In this document: positions 37,431 to 46,703 of the stretch, piece by piece
Layout of the letters: each line of letters starts with the position of its first letter
Numbering within the stretch: position 1 is the stretch's first letter
From: an uncultured euryarchaeote
GTDB taxonomy: Archaea; Thermoplasmatota; Poseidoniia; Poseidoniales; Poseidoniaceae
Direction: 5' to 3'
Length of the DNA: 64,000 nucleotides
Assembly: GCA_963981035.1 (NCBI GenBank)
Contig: CAXCCF010000002.1
Location: 15,578 to 79,577, forward strand
Position numbers and translations under genes: made by a program
The notes under the pieces: model-generated
The model's input: only the letters and a program-made list of their open reading frames with translations
The model's database searches: none
Told to the model about the DNA's origin: nothing

Positions 37431-38759
37431 ATGTCTTTGTTATTAGAAACAGACAAAGACAATACTGTCAATTCTCATGTTGATGAGTTTACAAATCGAA
37501 TGACATTAGTGATTGTTTCAGCACTAATATTTACCGCTATCTGGATGAATTGGATTGATTCTATTCTTACTCAATTATTACATATAATGCAACCATGCTC
37601 AAGTGGATGCTTAAATCTCTATGACCCTGCTAGATGGAGCGCTGTCCGTTGGTTATCTGCCACAATATTAGGAATATTGTCATCTATTCCAATCTTAATA
37701 CATCAATCATATTCATTTGCAAAATCAGGGTTACTACCAAGTGAAAAAAAATGGTTCTTGTATTGGGCCATCGGCGGCATTATAGGAATATTATCAGTAA
37801 TGTCAATCACGATTCTACTAATTGTCCCATATGCATTTTCTATTGGACATTCAAGCAATATCAGTATGGGATTTACAGCAAAATATGATGCTCCATTGAT
37901 GCTACAATTTGCAATATCACTAGTTTGGGCTCAGATGTTGATAGTAATTGCCGGATTGGCTATGGTAATTGCCGGAATCACCGGTAATCTAAATCAAAAA
38001 ACTGCTGATTGGTGGAGGCTAAGAGTTCATGGGATGTTGGTAATGCTACTTGCATTGTCATTACCAGATGTTGGTGGTATGATTGTTTTCAGTATTATTC
38101 TGGCATCAATATTTGCAGTTGAAATCATTTCACTTCGCTGGACAAATATTGAGCCTAATACAATTAATTCAAAATCACATATTTATGATTTTGAAGGGGC
38201 AAAAAGAAATATTCTAATTGCTGATTGTCGATGTGATGGAGGTTGTGAATCAATACTAACAGATAATAAATCCAACCTCGATATAATGTCATTTGAGGGG
38301 CTTTGTAATGATAGAAACGAACGTCTTTCACTATTGGATGAAATTAGGGTTAATCGCGTAACAGATGTACTTATCACTGGATGTGATACCAAACCACTAC
38401 CACATTTATTCAAAAGTAATTGTCATTCCTTAAGTTGTGATGTTAGGGGATTAGAATTAATGCAAGTACAGTCATACCGAACAACTCCGCAAAATCAACT
38501 CGGCTTAGATATTGCACTTGCAATCGCTGGCCAAAACAATCCATGGTTAGCCGAGGACCTACCCTTTAGGTTGGTTGAAGTTCTGAAAAACACAGCAACT
38601 TTACCAAAAGCAATTGTATTGGATTCAAGATCTGCTGATAGGCGCTGGGGATTACAACTTGACCCAGATACAGCGTTTGTTAATGTAAATGGATGTGACA
38701 TCAAGGCAATTATTAATGAATTGTCAGCATTTAATATCAAAATAAATACATTGAATTAA
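37431..38759 (+). CDS. TatC-like polytopic membrane protein with ~200-aa C-terminal Cys-rich cytoplasmic extension
   Basis: Six predicted TMs. Motifs recalling TatC: HVDEFTNRMTLVIV (cf. H-x-x-ELR-x-R-L), QSYSFAKSGLLPSEKKWF (cf. YQ-W-F-x-P-x-L-x-x-x-E) and LSLPDVGGMIVFSIILASIFAVEI (cf. LTPPD...P...YE). The extension contains CRCDGGCE plus further Cys. Confidence 0.5.
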   Translation: MSLLLETDKDNTVNSHVDEFTNRMTLVIVSALIFTAIWMNWIDSILTQLLHIMQPCSSGCLNLYDPARWSAVRWLSATILGILSSIPILIHQSYSFAKSGLLPSEKKWFLYWAIGGIIGILSVMSITILLIVPYAFSIGHSSNISMGFTAKYDAPLMLQFAISLVWAQMLIVIAGLAMVIAGITGNLNQKTADWWRLRVHGMLVMLLALSLPDVGGMIVFSIILASIFAVEIISLRWTNIEPNTINSKSHIYDFEGAKRNILIADCRCDGGCESILTDNKSNLDIMSFEGLCNDRNERLSLLDEIRVNRVTDVLITGCDTKPLPHLFKSNCHSLSCDVRGLELMQVQSYRTTPQNQLGLDIALAIAGQNNPWLAEDLPFRLVEVLKNTATLPKAIVLDSRSADRRWGLQLDPDTAFVNVNGCDIKAIINELSAFNIKINTLN

Positions 38760-38807
38760 CACTCTAATTGCACCAACGTTGAAACGATTTGAGCGTTAGG
38801 CGATGTC

Positions 38808-40949
38808 ATGCGAACTGCTTTCGGAGTGCCATTATTGGTCATTCTTCTCCTTGCAAGTTCGTGGTCTTATTCAAATGGAGAGACGATTGAAGAATGGATG
38901 CGTGAAAATGCTATAGTTGTTGAATCTGATGATGATTCACCTGTGCTGAAATTACAGCATGATGAGCGATGGTTAGTTCTAATTGTTGATTTTGAGCAAT
39001 CTCCGGCAAATTCTGTTTGGGGTCCTACTCAAGCAAGGACCATTCTTCAAGATAGTGCGGTAAGTTACATTGACCAACTAAGTGGAGGTAAATCGTCGGT
39101 GGAAATATTTGTTGCTGATGATGTCACTAGAGCAACTGGTGTATTAGCAGATTATGGGGCTGATATTAATGGGCAAAGAGATGTTGATTCCGAGGGTAAT
39201 TTTCTGCCTATGGATTTAGCGCAGCAAACAGTAGAAAGCCATATTTCAAGCGTTAATTGGAGCCAATTCGATTTAGATGGAGATGGATGGGTTGACCGAT
39301 TGTTAATACTGCATACAACTAATGGTCAAGAAGAGAACACCGGTTCAAGTGATAGAATATGGAGTCATTTTACAACTTTTAAGGAACCAATTACTATTTC
39401 TGGTGACCTAAAGGTAGGCCACTACACAATGTCAAGTTTGAGAACTGGTTCCAGCGGAATAGGAACAATGCTTCACGAAATGCTCCACCAAATGGGCGCA
39501 TTAGATTTGTATCCTGTGCATGATTCCTTTCAAACTCATCAATGGAAGGGAGTTGGTGATTGGGACATTATGGCCAGTGGAAATTGGAATGGCGGTGGTT
39601 CTTGGCCTGCTCTACCCACTGCTGCAAGCCTAGAATTAATCGGTGCTGAGCGCCAGCAAATTATGGATTTACAATGGCCGAGTAGTGCAATATCTCCTTG
39701 TATTGGACCGAGTGTAATAATGTCTGGATTGAGTGAAGGAGGCGATACGATGAAAATTCAAATATCACAATCCGAAGTAATTTGGCTCGAATATAGAACT
39801 GATAACGGCTTTGATTCGCATTTACCAGGCTCTGGTCTCCTCGTTACTTACCAAGACAAAAGTGTTGGAAATGTTGAACAAAATGAATTGAACCGAGACC
39901 CTAAACAGCCTTGGTTATCTGTGATTGAAGCCGATGGTAGAACTGATATGACCAGTGGAAGCAATAGTGGTGAGGCGGATGATTTATTCAATTCGGGGCA
40001 ATTTGGTGCTAGTGGAGTGAAAATTTTCGACCACGATGGAATATTGGTTCCATGGATTGCCACAGTTGAAAATAGTGATAATTTCTATGTAAATTTTACC
40101 GCACCTAATTGCTCACCTACATTAGAACTGGATCTCCAAGATCATGGATATGTAATCCTACCAGATGATAATTTTGTGTTTACTGCTACTAGTTCAGAAG
40201 AATGTTTAATGGAATTGGATTTGCTATTATCTGATGGGAATAGAATTATTTTCAACAATGAGCAAGAGGCTCAAATGAACATCGGGGTAAAGGAATTCTC
40301 GGCTACAATTAACGGCACTAGAAATCCGCAAACACAATCGGCAGTTACTGGCTCAATATCTTGTGGTACATCATATTTTGAGATAAATACTCTAATCTTA
40401 ACCTTGGGTAAAATACCTATAGCAGGTGAAATTTCTGGAATAATAGATACAAATCAGATACAACAAAAATCTCTTATCATTGATTCTGATGGAACCTTTT
40501 CAAATTCATTTAGAGTTGAAATTACCGGTCCATTATCAAGAATTGCTGAAACAAATGAAGAAATTACTTTAGATGAATCGAGTGAATTAATCATAGATAT
40601 TGACCCAAAGGGATTATTGACTGATGGAATGGTTGTAAATGGTGAAATTGTGTTGATTTCATTTTCTGGACATCGATGGGAGTATCCTGTTGAGTTTGTT
40701 GCCAAATCTGATTCTTCAGAACTTGGGCAACAGTGGAGAAAACCATCGAACATGCTTGCAGCAGCTGGAATTTTGGCAATGCTATGGACTCTTCTTAGTA
40801 TGAGAGACACAAAAGTAAACAATAGAATATTGTTAGAAAAAATGAACAGTATGGAAGGAGTGTCTGAAATGATTAGCCATTCAGAGAAAGAAATACACTC
40901 TGAAGAAACCCCTCAAGAGGTTGACTCATGGGGACGATTGATAGATTAA
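38808..40949 (+). CDS. Secreted M6 (immune-inhibitor-A-like) zinc metalloprotease with C-terminal TM anchor
   Basis: Signal peptide. HEMLHQMGALDLY is HExxHxxGxxD with the LDLY typical of family M6. C-terminal TM AAAGILAMLWTLLSM. Confidence 0.7.
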   Translation: MRTAFGVPLLVILLLASSWSYSNGETIEEWMRENAIVVESDDDSPVLKLQHDERWLVLIVDFEQSPANSVWGPTQARTILQDSAVSYIDQLSGGKSSVEIFVADDVTRATGVLADYGADINGQRDVDSEGNFLPMDLAQQTVESHISSVNWSQFDLDGDGWVDRLLILHTTNGQEENTGSSDRIWSHFTTFKEPITISGDLKVGHYTMSSLRTGSSGIGTMLHEMLHQMGALDLYPVHDSFQTHQWKGVGDWDIMASGNWNGGGSWPALPTAASLELIGAERQQIMDLQWPSSAISPCIGPSVIMSGLSEGGDTMKIQISQSEVIWLEYRTDNGFDSHLPGSGLLVTYQDKSVGNVEQNELNRDPKQPWLSVIEADGRTDMTSGSNSGEADDLFNSGQFGASGVKIFDHDGILVPWIATVENSDNFYVNFTAPNCSPTLELDLQDHGYVILPDDNFVFTATSSEECLMELDLLLSDGNRIIFNNEQEAQMNIGVKEFSATINGTRNPQTQSAVTGSISCGTSYFEINTLILTLGKIPIAGEISGIIDTNQIQQKSLIIDSDGTFSNSFRVEITGPLSRIAETNEEITLDESSELIIDIDPKGLLTDGMVVNGEIVLISFSGHRWEYPVEFVAKSDSSELGQQWRKPSNMLAAAGILAMLWTLLSMRDTKVNNRILLEKMNSMEGVSEMISHSEKEIHSEETPQEVDSWGRLID

Positions 40950-42076
40950 TTTCTGCCAGGTAACCAGCGTTTTATTTGTAAGCAATTCCAATCATCTTGT
41001 TGTCCCAGAATGCAGACCCAACTTTTGTGCACACCTTCGGCCAACCTTACGGATAAGCAAATTCCTTCCCATGTAGTTGGTGCATCTGATTCAGTTTGCA
41101 CTAACCAAGGTGCATGCGATTGTTCAACTGCATCATCATATACTCTCCAACGACAGCCAAATTTGAATCCCGGGCGAATAATTAACCCTCTCGACATTAG
41201 GTGAGCGAATAGTGAATTTGTTTGTGATGAATTTGTTTCATTTGAAAGAATTTTTTCCAGCCATTGACTTTCTTCTTTCCTCAGAAGTCTACCACTCATA
41301 TGTTCAATACCAACAGCAGACCAGGCCCATTTCGATTGATTTGGAATATACCAACCATCTCCCCAAGCAAGTTTTTGTTCCCATAGTTGCTGAATAGATT
41401 GTTGTTGTTTAGTTGTAAAATCATTCCATGTTTTTTGGTTTCCATTCATCTCAATAATGTCAAGGCGATACATTGTTACATCCATCTCTTCATCGACAAT
41501 ATAAAGTTCCGGAATATATCCCTGTGATTTGACTTCACTTGCCCATGCTAGTAATTCTGAAATATCTACTGAGTCGGTGGTACAAGCCCAACGAGTCTGT
41601 GCCTCAGGTAGTTGTTTGCTAAAAGATTGGTTTCTTCTCCACCTAACAGCCCATGTATTTGGATGGATTTTTTCTATCAATTCGCTTTTGAGATGATCTC
41701 TAGGGACAATTATTTCTCCCCCACTTCTTGCAACATCGAAAACTACTGCGCGAGCGATGTGTTGTGAATCATTCTCCAATTGCTCTGCAAACCATGTTTC
41801 CTCTGGAAGTGGCATATGACGGTGCCAATGACAGAATAGAACCTCTTCGCTGACCAACAGGATGCCGCCATCCGATGTTGTTTGTCCAAGTCCACTTTTT
41901 TGGTGCAACCTTGAAGCAAGTGGTGCTGAAACAAACCAATAATCACCACGCTTTATTGGAGCAGGATGTGGAATTGCAGGTGCCTCATTCTTTACCGATT
42001 GTGTGCCAAGGGGACGGCGGTTCCTCTGCCTTGGCGTAAACTTGCGACTTTGGTCCCCCATATTGGTGGCTGACAA
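40946..42076 (-). CDS. endA: tRNA-splicing endonuclease (fused degenerate-repeat + catalytic unit, with large insertion)
   Basis: The C-terminal catalytic domain GLIIRPGFKFGCRWRVYDD...SHAPWLV...VHKSWV contains the conserved Tyr/His/Lys triad. A degenerate N-terminal repeat is also present. Confidence 0.7.
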   Translation of the reverse strand: MSATNMGDQSRKFTPRQRNRRPLGTQSVKNEAPAIPHPAPIKRGDYWFVSAPLASRLHQKSGLGQTTSDGGILLVSEEVLFCHWHRHMPLPEETWFAEQLENDSQHIARAVVFDVARSGGEIIVPRDHLKSELIEKIHPNTWAVRWRRNQSFSKQLPEAQTRWACTTDSVDISELLAWASEVKSQGYIPELYIVDEEMDVTMYRLDIIEMNGNQKTWNDFTTKQQQSIQQLWEQKLAWGDGWYIPNQSKWAWSAVGIEHMSGRLLRKEESQWLEKILSNETNSSQTNSLFAHLMSRGLIIRPGFKFGCRWRVYDDAVEQSHAPWLVQTESDAPTTWEGICLSVRLAEGVHKSWVCILGQQDDWNCLQIKRWLPGRN

Positions 42077-42161
42077 CTCGCGTTATTGAGTGCGTCGGAT
42101 AATTAGAGGTACGAAATCAGTCTATCAGTTGATATTGTAAAAAGTTGTAACCGATGCTCCT

Positions 42162-43160
42162 ATGTGCTTCCGCCCTCATCGCCAATATAGAGGGGATAAT
42201 GTGGTCGACGGATTTTTTGGTTCCTTAACTACTGAAGTTAGGATGCTTTTGCATCTTCATGACCATGTAATGCCAGAAGGTGAGTGGGAAGCACCTCTCT
42301 CATTGACGCAGGCAGGAATATCGGCTGCCGTACACGTTCAAAGAAAGCATGTTCCAAGAACTTTGAAAAGATTGGAATCAATAGGTTGCCTAGTGAAAAG
42401 TAAACGCCATATTCCTGGTGCAAAACAGAGGCGAATTGTATACAGTCTAACGCAACAAGGACGCAAAAGGGCTTCTGAATTAAGAAGTGAAATATTATCT
42501 AGAGAAATTGAAAAGGACGGTTCTATGATTGTTATTTCCGAATTAAGAAAGGGTGGACAATTAACCCTTGATTTGTTATCTCATATTGATGAAGCCATGG
42601 TATATCACGAAAATGCCGTAGTTTCACCCGTTTCCAATCCAGACGGTGTTGCTTCATTGGATGCACAAGCAGGAGAGCAATTAGTTAGGAGATTATTTGC
42701 AAGAGCATGGGAGGATGGAAAGATCACCAAAGATGAACAACAATTACTGTCTGAAGTTGTTGAATTTTTAGGAATGCATCCGGAGAGAGTACGCAGATTA
42801 TCTGATGAATCACGTCGCAGCCAAAAGGTACCTCCGCCTGAAGAAATATACCTTGATATGCTAAGACAGGCATTGGTGGACGGGGAATTAGTTGAAGATG
42901 AAATCGCTTTACTAGAGACTGTTAGAGTCGCATTTGGTATAGATCAACTAACACATCAAAAATTATTACAACGCGCTATTGACGAACCTGAATTACCACA
43001 AAATATTGTCACATATCGGGCTACACTGAAAACTGCGCTCGCGGATGGAGTTATCACTGCAGATGAAGATGCAATGCTACAAACTTTGAGAGAAACATTG
43101 AATATTTCACCATCACAACATGCGGAAATTCTTGCCGAGTTACGCGATAGCATCAAATGA
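42162..43160 (+). CDS. Winged-HTH DNA-binding protein followed by three TerB-like helical repeats
   Basis: N-terminal wHTH (SLTQAGISAAVHVQRKHVPRTLKRLESIGCLV). Three ~40-aa repeats: ...EDGKITKDEQQLLSEVVEFLGM..., ...VDGELVEDEIALLETVRVAFGI..., ...ADGVITADEDAMLQTLRETLNI... . An alternative start lies at 42243. Confidence 0.5.
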   Translation: MCFRPHRQYRGDNVVDGFFGSLTTEVRMLLHLHDHVMPEGEWEAPLSLTQAGISAAVHVQRKHVPRTLKRLESIGCLVKSKRHIPGAKQRRIVYSLTQQGRKRASELRSEILSREIEKDGSMIVISELRKGGQLTLDLLSHIDEAMVYHENAVVSPVSNPDGVASLDAQAGEQLVRRLFARAWEDGKITKDEQQLLSEVVEFLGMHPERVRRLSDESRRSQKVPPPEEIYLDMLRQALVDGELVEDEIALLETVRVAFGIDQLTHQKLLQRAIDEPELPQNIVTYRATLKTALADGVITADEDAMLQTLRETLNISPSQHAEILAELRDSIK

Positions 43161-43193
43161 TGGCCACACAACCACCAAAACGAGGGGACTAAT

Positions 43194-44255
43194 ATGGGCA
43201 TGACTGATGAAGAAGTCGCAATCCACGACCAATTAAACGCGCTAAGAGTTCAAGTAAAATCAATTGAACATAGCAAAGTAGTACTAATCGGTGACATCAT
43301 GTTGGATAGATATATCCATGGATACGCAAATAATCTCAATTCTAACGCACCAGTACCTGTATTGAGAGAAACCAGCAGAGAAGAAGATGTTGGTGGTGCT
43401 GCACATGTTGCAAGAGGATTAATCTCAATGGGAGTAGAGACTCACTTATTTGGCGTAGTCGGCAATGATAGAGCCGGTTTGAATATTTTAGAATCATTGG
43501 AGGATGAAGGAGTTCATTCAACTGGTATCGCAATAGTTGAAGGAATTACAACTACGGTCAAAAACAGACTTCTTGCTACCAGAGAGAGTTTAGTTAGTGA
43601 GGAACAATTACTACTTAGATGGGATATTGAAGGTGATGAGGAAGTTCCTGGTGAAGCAATTGAGGCTTTATTTGGTGAAGTAATATTCCAGATGGATGAT
43701 GCAACTGCTGTAATCATTTCGGATTATGGACAAGGCGTAATTGTTGAAGAAGGTGTTAAGATGATTATCGATGCTGCGTCGGAAAAAAATATTCCAATTA
43801 TTGCTGACCCAAAATTAACAGGTTTGCATCATACACATGGTGTTGATTGGGTAATTTTCCAAGCCAATGGATTGGAATTAATGCGCAGGAGATTGGGTGC
43901 TGACAATGGCGATGCCGCTGCACACCTTCTAATCAAAAATCATAGTTGGAAGAATTTGGTTGTTGTTTGTGGCGCTGGTGGAGTGACAATATATTCAGAT
44001 GATGGAAGTTCTGTTCATGCAGAATGTACATTGGCAGACTTAAGGCAAATGATTGGATTAGTAGATGCTGCTGTTGTTGCGATCGCTGTTGCAATATCAG
44101 AAAAGCTTGGAGTTTCACATACAGCACAATTGGTAAATGCTGCATGCGAATGTATTCTTGCAGCAAGTAGTTCTGATTCATTCGTATTAAGTCGTGATGA
44201 ATTGGTGGATCGTATTGGCGAAATGGCTTGGAATCTTCAAGTATCCAAGCGCTGA
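43194..44255 (+). CDS. PfkB/ribokinase-family sugar kinase, RfaE/HldE domain-I-like
   Basis: KVVLIGDIMLDRYIHGYANN...PVPVL......DVGGAAHVARGL. Confidence 0.7.
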   Translation: MGMTDEEVAIHDQLNALRVQVKSIEHSKVVLIGDIMLDRYIHGYANNLNSNAPVPVLRETSREEDVGGAAHVARGLISMGVETHLFGVVGNDRAGLNILESLEDEGVHSTGIAIVEGITTTVKNRLLATRESLVSEEQLLLRWDIEGDEEVPGEAIEALFGEVIFQMDDATAVIISDYGQGVIVEEGVKMIIDAASEKNIPIIADPKLTGLHHTHGVDWVIFQANGLELMRRRLGADNGDAAAHLLIKNHSWKNLVVVCGAGGVTIYSDDGSSVHAECTLADLRQMIGLVDAAVVAIAVAISEKLGVSHTAQLVNAACECILAASSSDSFVLSRDELVDRIGEMAWNLQVSKR

Positions 44256-44264
44256 GGTGATATT

Positions 44265-44765
44265 ATGAGTCATTGGCCTAGGCCAACTACAGCCGATATC
44301 GGCTTACGGGCATTTTCTAATTCACCTAATAATTTAATTGCTGAAGCGACGATTGGAATGCAGAATATTCTCATGAGTAATGATTCAAATAACAAACTGA
44401 ATAACCATATTCGTCATAACTCGCAGTGGAATGTGAGTATCGATAGTGATGAAAACGATTTATGCTATGATATGTTACTCGTCAACTGGCTGGATGAAGT
44501 TCTTTATCGATGTGAAGTACATCAACAATGGCTAGTAGATTGCCAAATAATGATTGAACATTCTGAAGGTAAACTAAATTTACAAGCGCAAGTTTCTTGG
44601 ATTGACTCAAAAGTCATTACAAGAGAAATTGAAATTAAAGCAGTTACTAGTCACGAATTACTATTTGAAAAAGTATTATCACAACAAGTAATCACTAGTG
44701 AATGGCCAGAAGTTCCTACTTTTGAAGGTCCTGGCTGGTATTGCGATGTAATATTTGATATTTGA
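44265..44765 (+). CDS. Archease (activator of the RtcB tRNA ligase)
   Basis: N-terminal TADIGLRAF, matching the archease H-T-A-D-I-G-I-R-A signature; about 166 aa. Confidence 0.75.
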   Translation: MSHWPRPTTADIGLRAFSNSPNNLIAEATIGMQNILMSNDSNNKLNNHIRHNSQWNVSIDSDENDLCYDMLLVNWLDEVLYRCEVHQQWLVDCQIMIEHSEGKLNLQAQVSWIDSKVITREIEIKAVTSHELLFEKVLSQQVITSEWPEVPTFEGPGWYCDVIFDI

Positions 44766-44784
44766 TAATCAAAAAAAAGGTGGG

Positions 44785-45090
44785 AATCCGAAGGTGGACG
44801 CTCGTACCTACTGGCCAAATCTGCACACTTCCTCCATCCCGAAACCCCACAGCACTCATGGCCCCGAGTAGGGCTGCTCCGTTCCCGGCCTGACCTAATC
44901 CCTCGGTTATCCTATTCCCGTTTTCTTCCGAAGACGGTTCAAAGCACCCGAATCATGTGGGGGCGAGACATCAATGTCCGCATACAGAAACCAATAGGCC
45001 GCTTTCGCCGCCCCAAGGCTTTCAGCCCACCATAAAGACGATTTGTGGTATAGGGTACGCCTAGCTCCCCACCTATCCCATCCAATCCTA
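44785..45090 (-). ncRNA. Signal recognition particle RNA (7S / SRP RNA)
   Basis: A ~300-nt ORF-free GC-rich island in an AT-rich genome. The minus strand reads AGGUCAGGCCGGGAACGGAGCAGCC (plus-strand 44872-44896), matching the universal SRP RNA helix-8/domain-IV motif (E. coli 4.5S: GGUCAGGUCCGGAAGGAAGCAGCC). A terminal helix GGUGGGGAGC.../...GCGUCCACC is present. Ends are approximate. Confidence 0.7.
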
Positions 45091-45141
45091 ACACTGACTA
45101 TATTTGAATAACACGCATTAGCAACAGTGGAATAATTTGTC

Positions 45142-45558
45142 TTATTCCTCTACTTGCTCTTCATATTTTGATGGGCAAGAGGTTTTGATAATGTCGGCCT
45201 CAAATACATATTCTCCATTTTCAAAAACTAATATTCCTTCAGCATAAACAGTTCTATTATCGCCTAATCCATTGGATACAGATGCCTGAGAAAAATTAAC
45301 TAATACCGAAGAATATTCTCCGTGTAATGTGAAAGTTGAAGTTTCATTGACAATACTTCCGTCTGTTACCTCTCCTCTAATAGCAATGGATTTTCCTAAT
45401 AGTTCATCTGGATCATCCATTAATACATCGATAGTTTTTGTCGGTTCTGGTGCGTCTAAAATTATCACACCGAGTAGACCTATTGTGATCAGTGCGCCGA
45501 TTATTAGAAATCTTGACCTTCTTGCAATCAAATCAATCACTCCCATGAGCACTACCAA
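45142..45558 (-). CDS. CcmE-like heme chaperone, archaeal CxxxY variant
   Basis: N-terminal TM plus an OB-fold core alignable with CcmE (IAIRGEVTDGSIV, VYAEGIL, C-terminal IIKTSCPSKYEE). The heme-binding HxxxY is replaced by CxxxY, as described for archaeal System I. Confidence 0.5.
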   Translation of the reverse strand: MVVLMGVIDLIARRSRFLIIGALITIGLLGVIILDAPEPTKTIDVLMDDPDELLGKSIAIRGEVTDGSIVNETSTFTLHGEYSSVLVNFSQASVSNGLGDNRTVYAEGILVFENGEYVFEADIIKTSCPSKYEEQVEE

Positions 45559-46660
45559 TTGCCTCTTCTAATGATGTAAAGCCATTTTGTCGCATTTTCA
45601 TTTCAATACCATTTACGACCTGTTTTGTTAATGATGCACCCTCAAAAACAAATCCACTATATGCTTGAATTAATGATGCTCCAGCGCATATTTTTTGCCA
45701 AGCATCTTCACCAGACATTATCCCACCAACTCCTACAATAGGGAATTCTCCGTTGGTCATCTTGTAAATTTTTGAGATCATTTCAGTTGATTTTGATTGT
45801 ACAGGGATGCCGCTCATCCCACCAGTTTGCGCAAATACCTTCTGTTCCTTGCCTGCAACTGCATTTGGCCGGCTAGTTGTTGTATTCGATGCAATGATGC
45901 CACTACAACCATTAGAACGGGCTGTATTTACTATTGCTATCAATTGGTCATCATCAACATCAGGCGAAATCTTCACCAATATTGGTTTTGCTGGTTTTCC
46001 ATGTGTTGCCGATTGTGAATCATTTACTGATTTACATGATTCAATAATTTTCTTCAAATCATCATCCTTTTGCAATTCTCTAAGATTTGGAGTATTTGGT
46101 GATGAAACATTAATCACAAAAATATCACCATATTTCCATAACCTTTGCATGGTAGTGGAATAATCATCAGCTGCATCTTCAAGTTCGGTTAATTTTGATT
46201 TTCCCAAATTTATCCATAACGGTATTTTTGGCCTTCCATACTTGGAGAAATGTTTGTCAAGTTGCAGAGCAGTTTTTTCGCTGCCGGGATTATTGAATCC
46301 CATCCTATTAACCAGTGCCCTCGATTTACCCGCGCGGAACATCCTCGGTTTTGGATTGCCAAGTTGCTCAAGCATAGTTATTCCACCGATTTCCATGAAA
46401 CCCAAGCCCAAGGTTTCCCAGCCACGCAAAGCCTCAGCCCTCTTATCCATTCCAGCCGCAATTCCAAACGGATTGCTAAAATCAGTACCAAATACCGATG
46501 TGGGCACCTGCTTTGATGGTTTGTATAGAATTGATAACGTTCCTCTTGTTACGGGATTTGAAACCATTAATCTCAGTATTTTCAATGCCCTACCATGGGC
46601 TTTTTCAGAATCCTGTACCGCCAGAAGGGGTTTGGCAAAGATGCTATAACCAAGTCCCAT
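45533..46660 (-). CDS. pyrD: Dihydroorotate dehydrogenase (quinone), class 2
   Basis: Class-2 N-terminal extension MGLGYSIFAKPLLAVQDSEKAH, GIAAGMDK and PIVGVGGI. Start taken at MGLGYS. Confidence 0.85.
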   Translation of the reverse strand: MGLGYSIFAKPLLAVQDSEKAHGRALKILRLMVSNPVTRGTLSILYKPSKQVPTSVFGTDFSNPFGIAAGMDKRAEALRGWETLGLGFMEIGGITMLEQLGNPKPRMFRAGKSRALVNRMGFNNPGSEKTALQLDKHFSKYGRPKIPLWINLGKSKLTELEDAADDYSTTMQRLWKYGDIFVINVSSPNTPNLRELQKDDDLKKIIESCKSVNDSQSATHGKPAKPILVKISPDVDDDQLIAIVNTARSNGCSGIIASNTTTSRPNAVAGKEQKVFAQTGGMSGIPVQSKSTEMISKIYKMTNGEFPIVGVGGIMSGEDAWQKICAGASLIQAYSGFVFEGASLTKQVVNGIEMKMRQNGFTSLEEAIGSAHGSD

Positions 46661-46703
46661 GTTTAGTGGGTGATGAAAGGTATTCTTCAAGACTTGTGCT
46701 CGC

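Noticed and set aside
44785-45090. RNase P RNA as the identity of the GC-rich non-coding island
   Set aside because: There is only a weak ACAGAAACC-like stretch. The SRP helix-8 motif on the minus strand is a much stronger and longer match.
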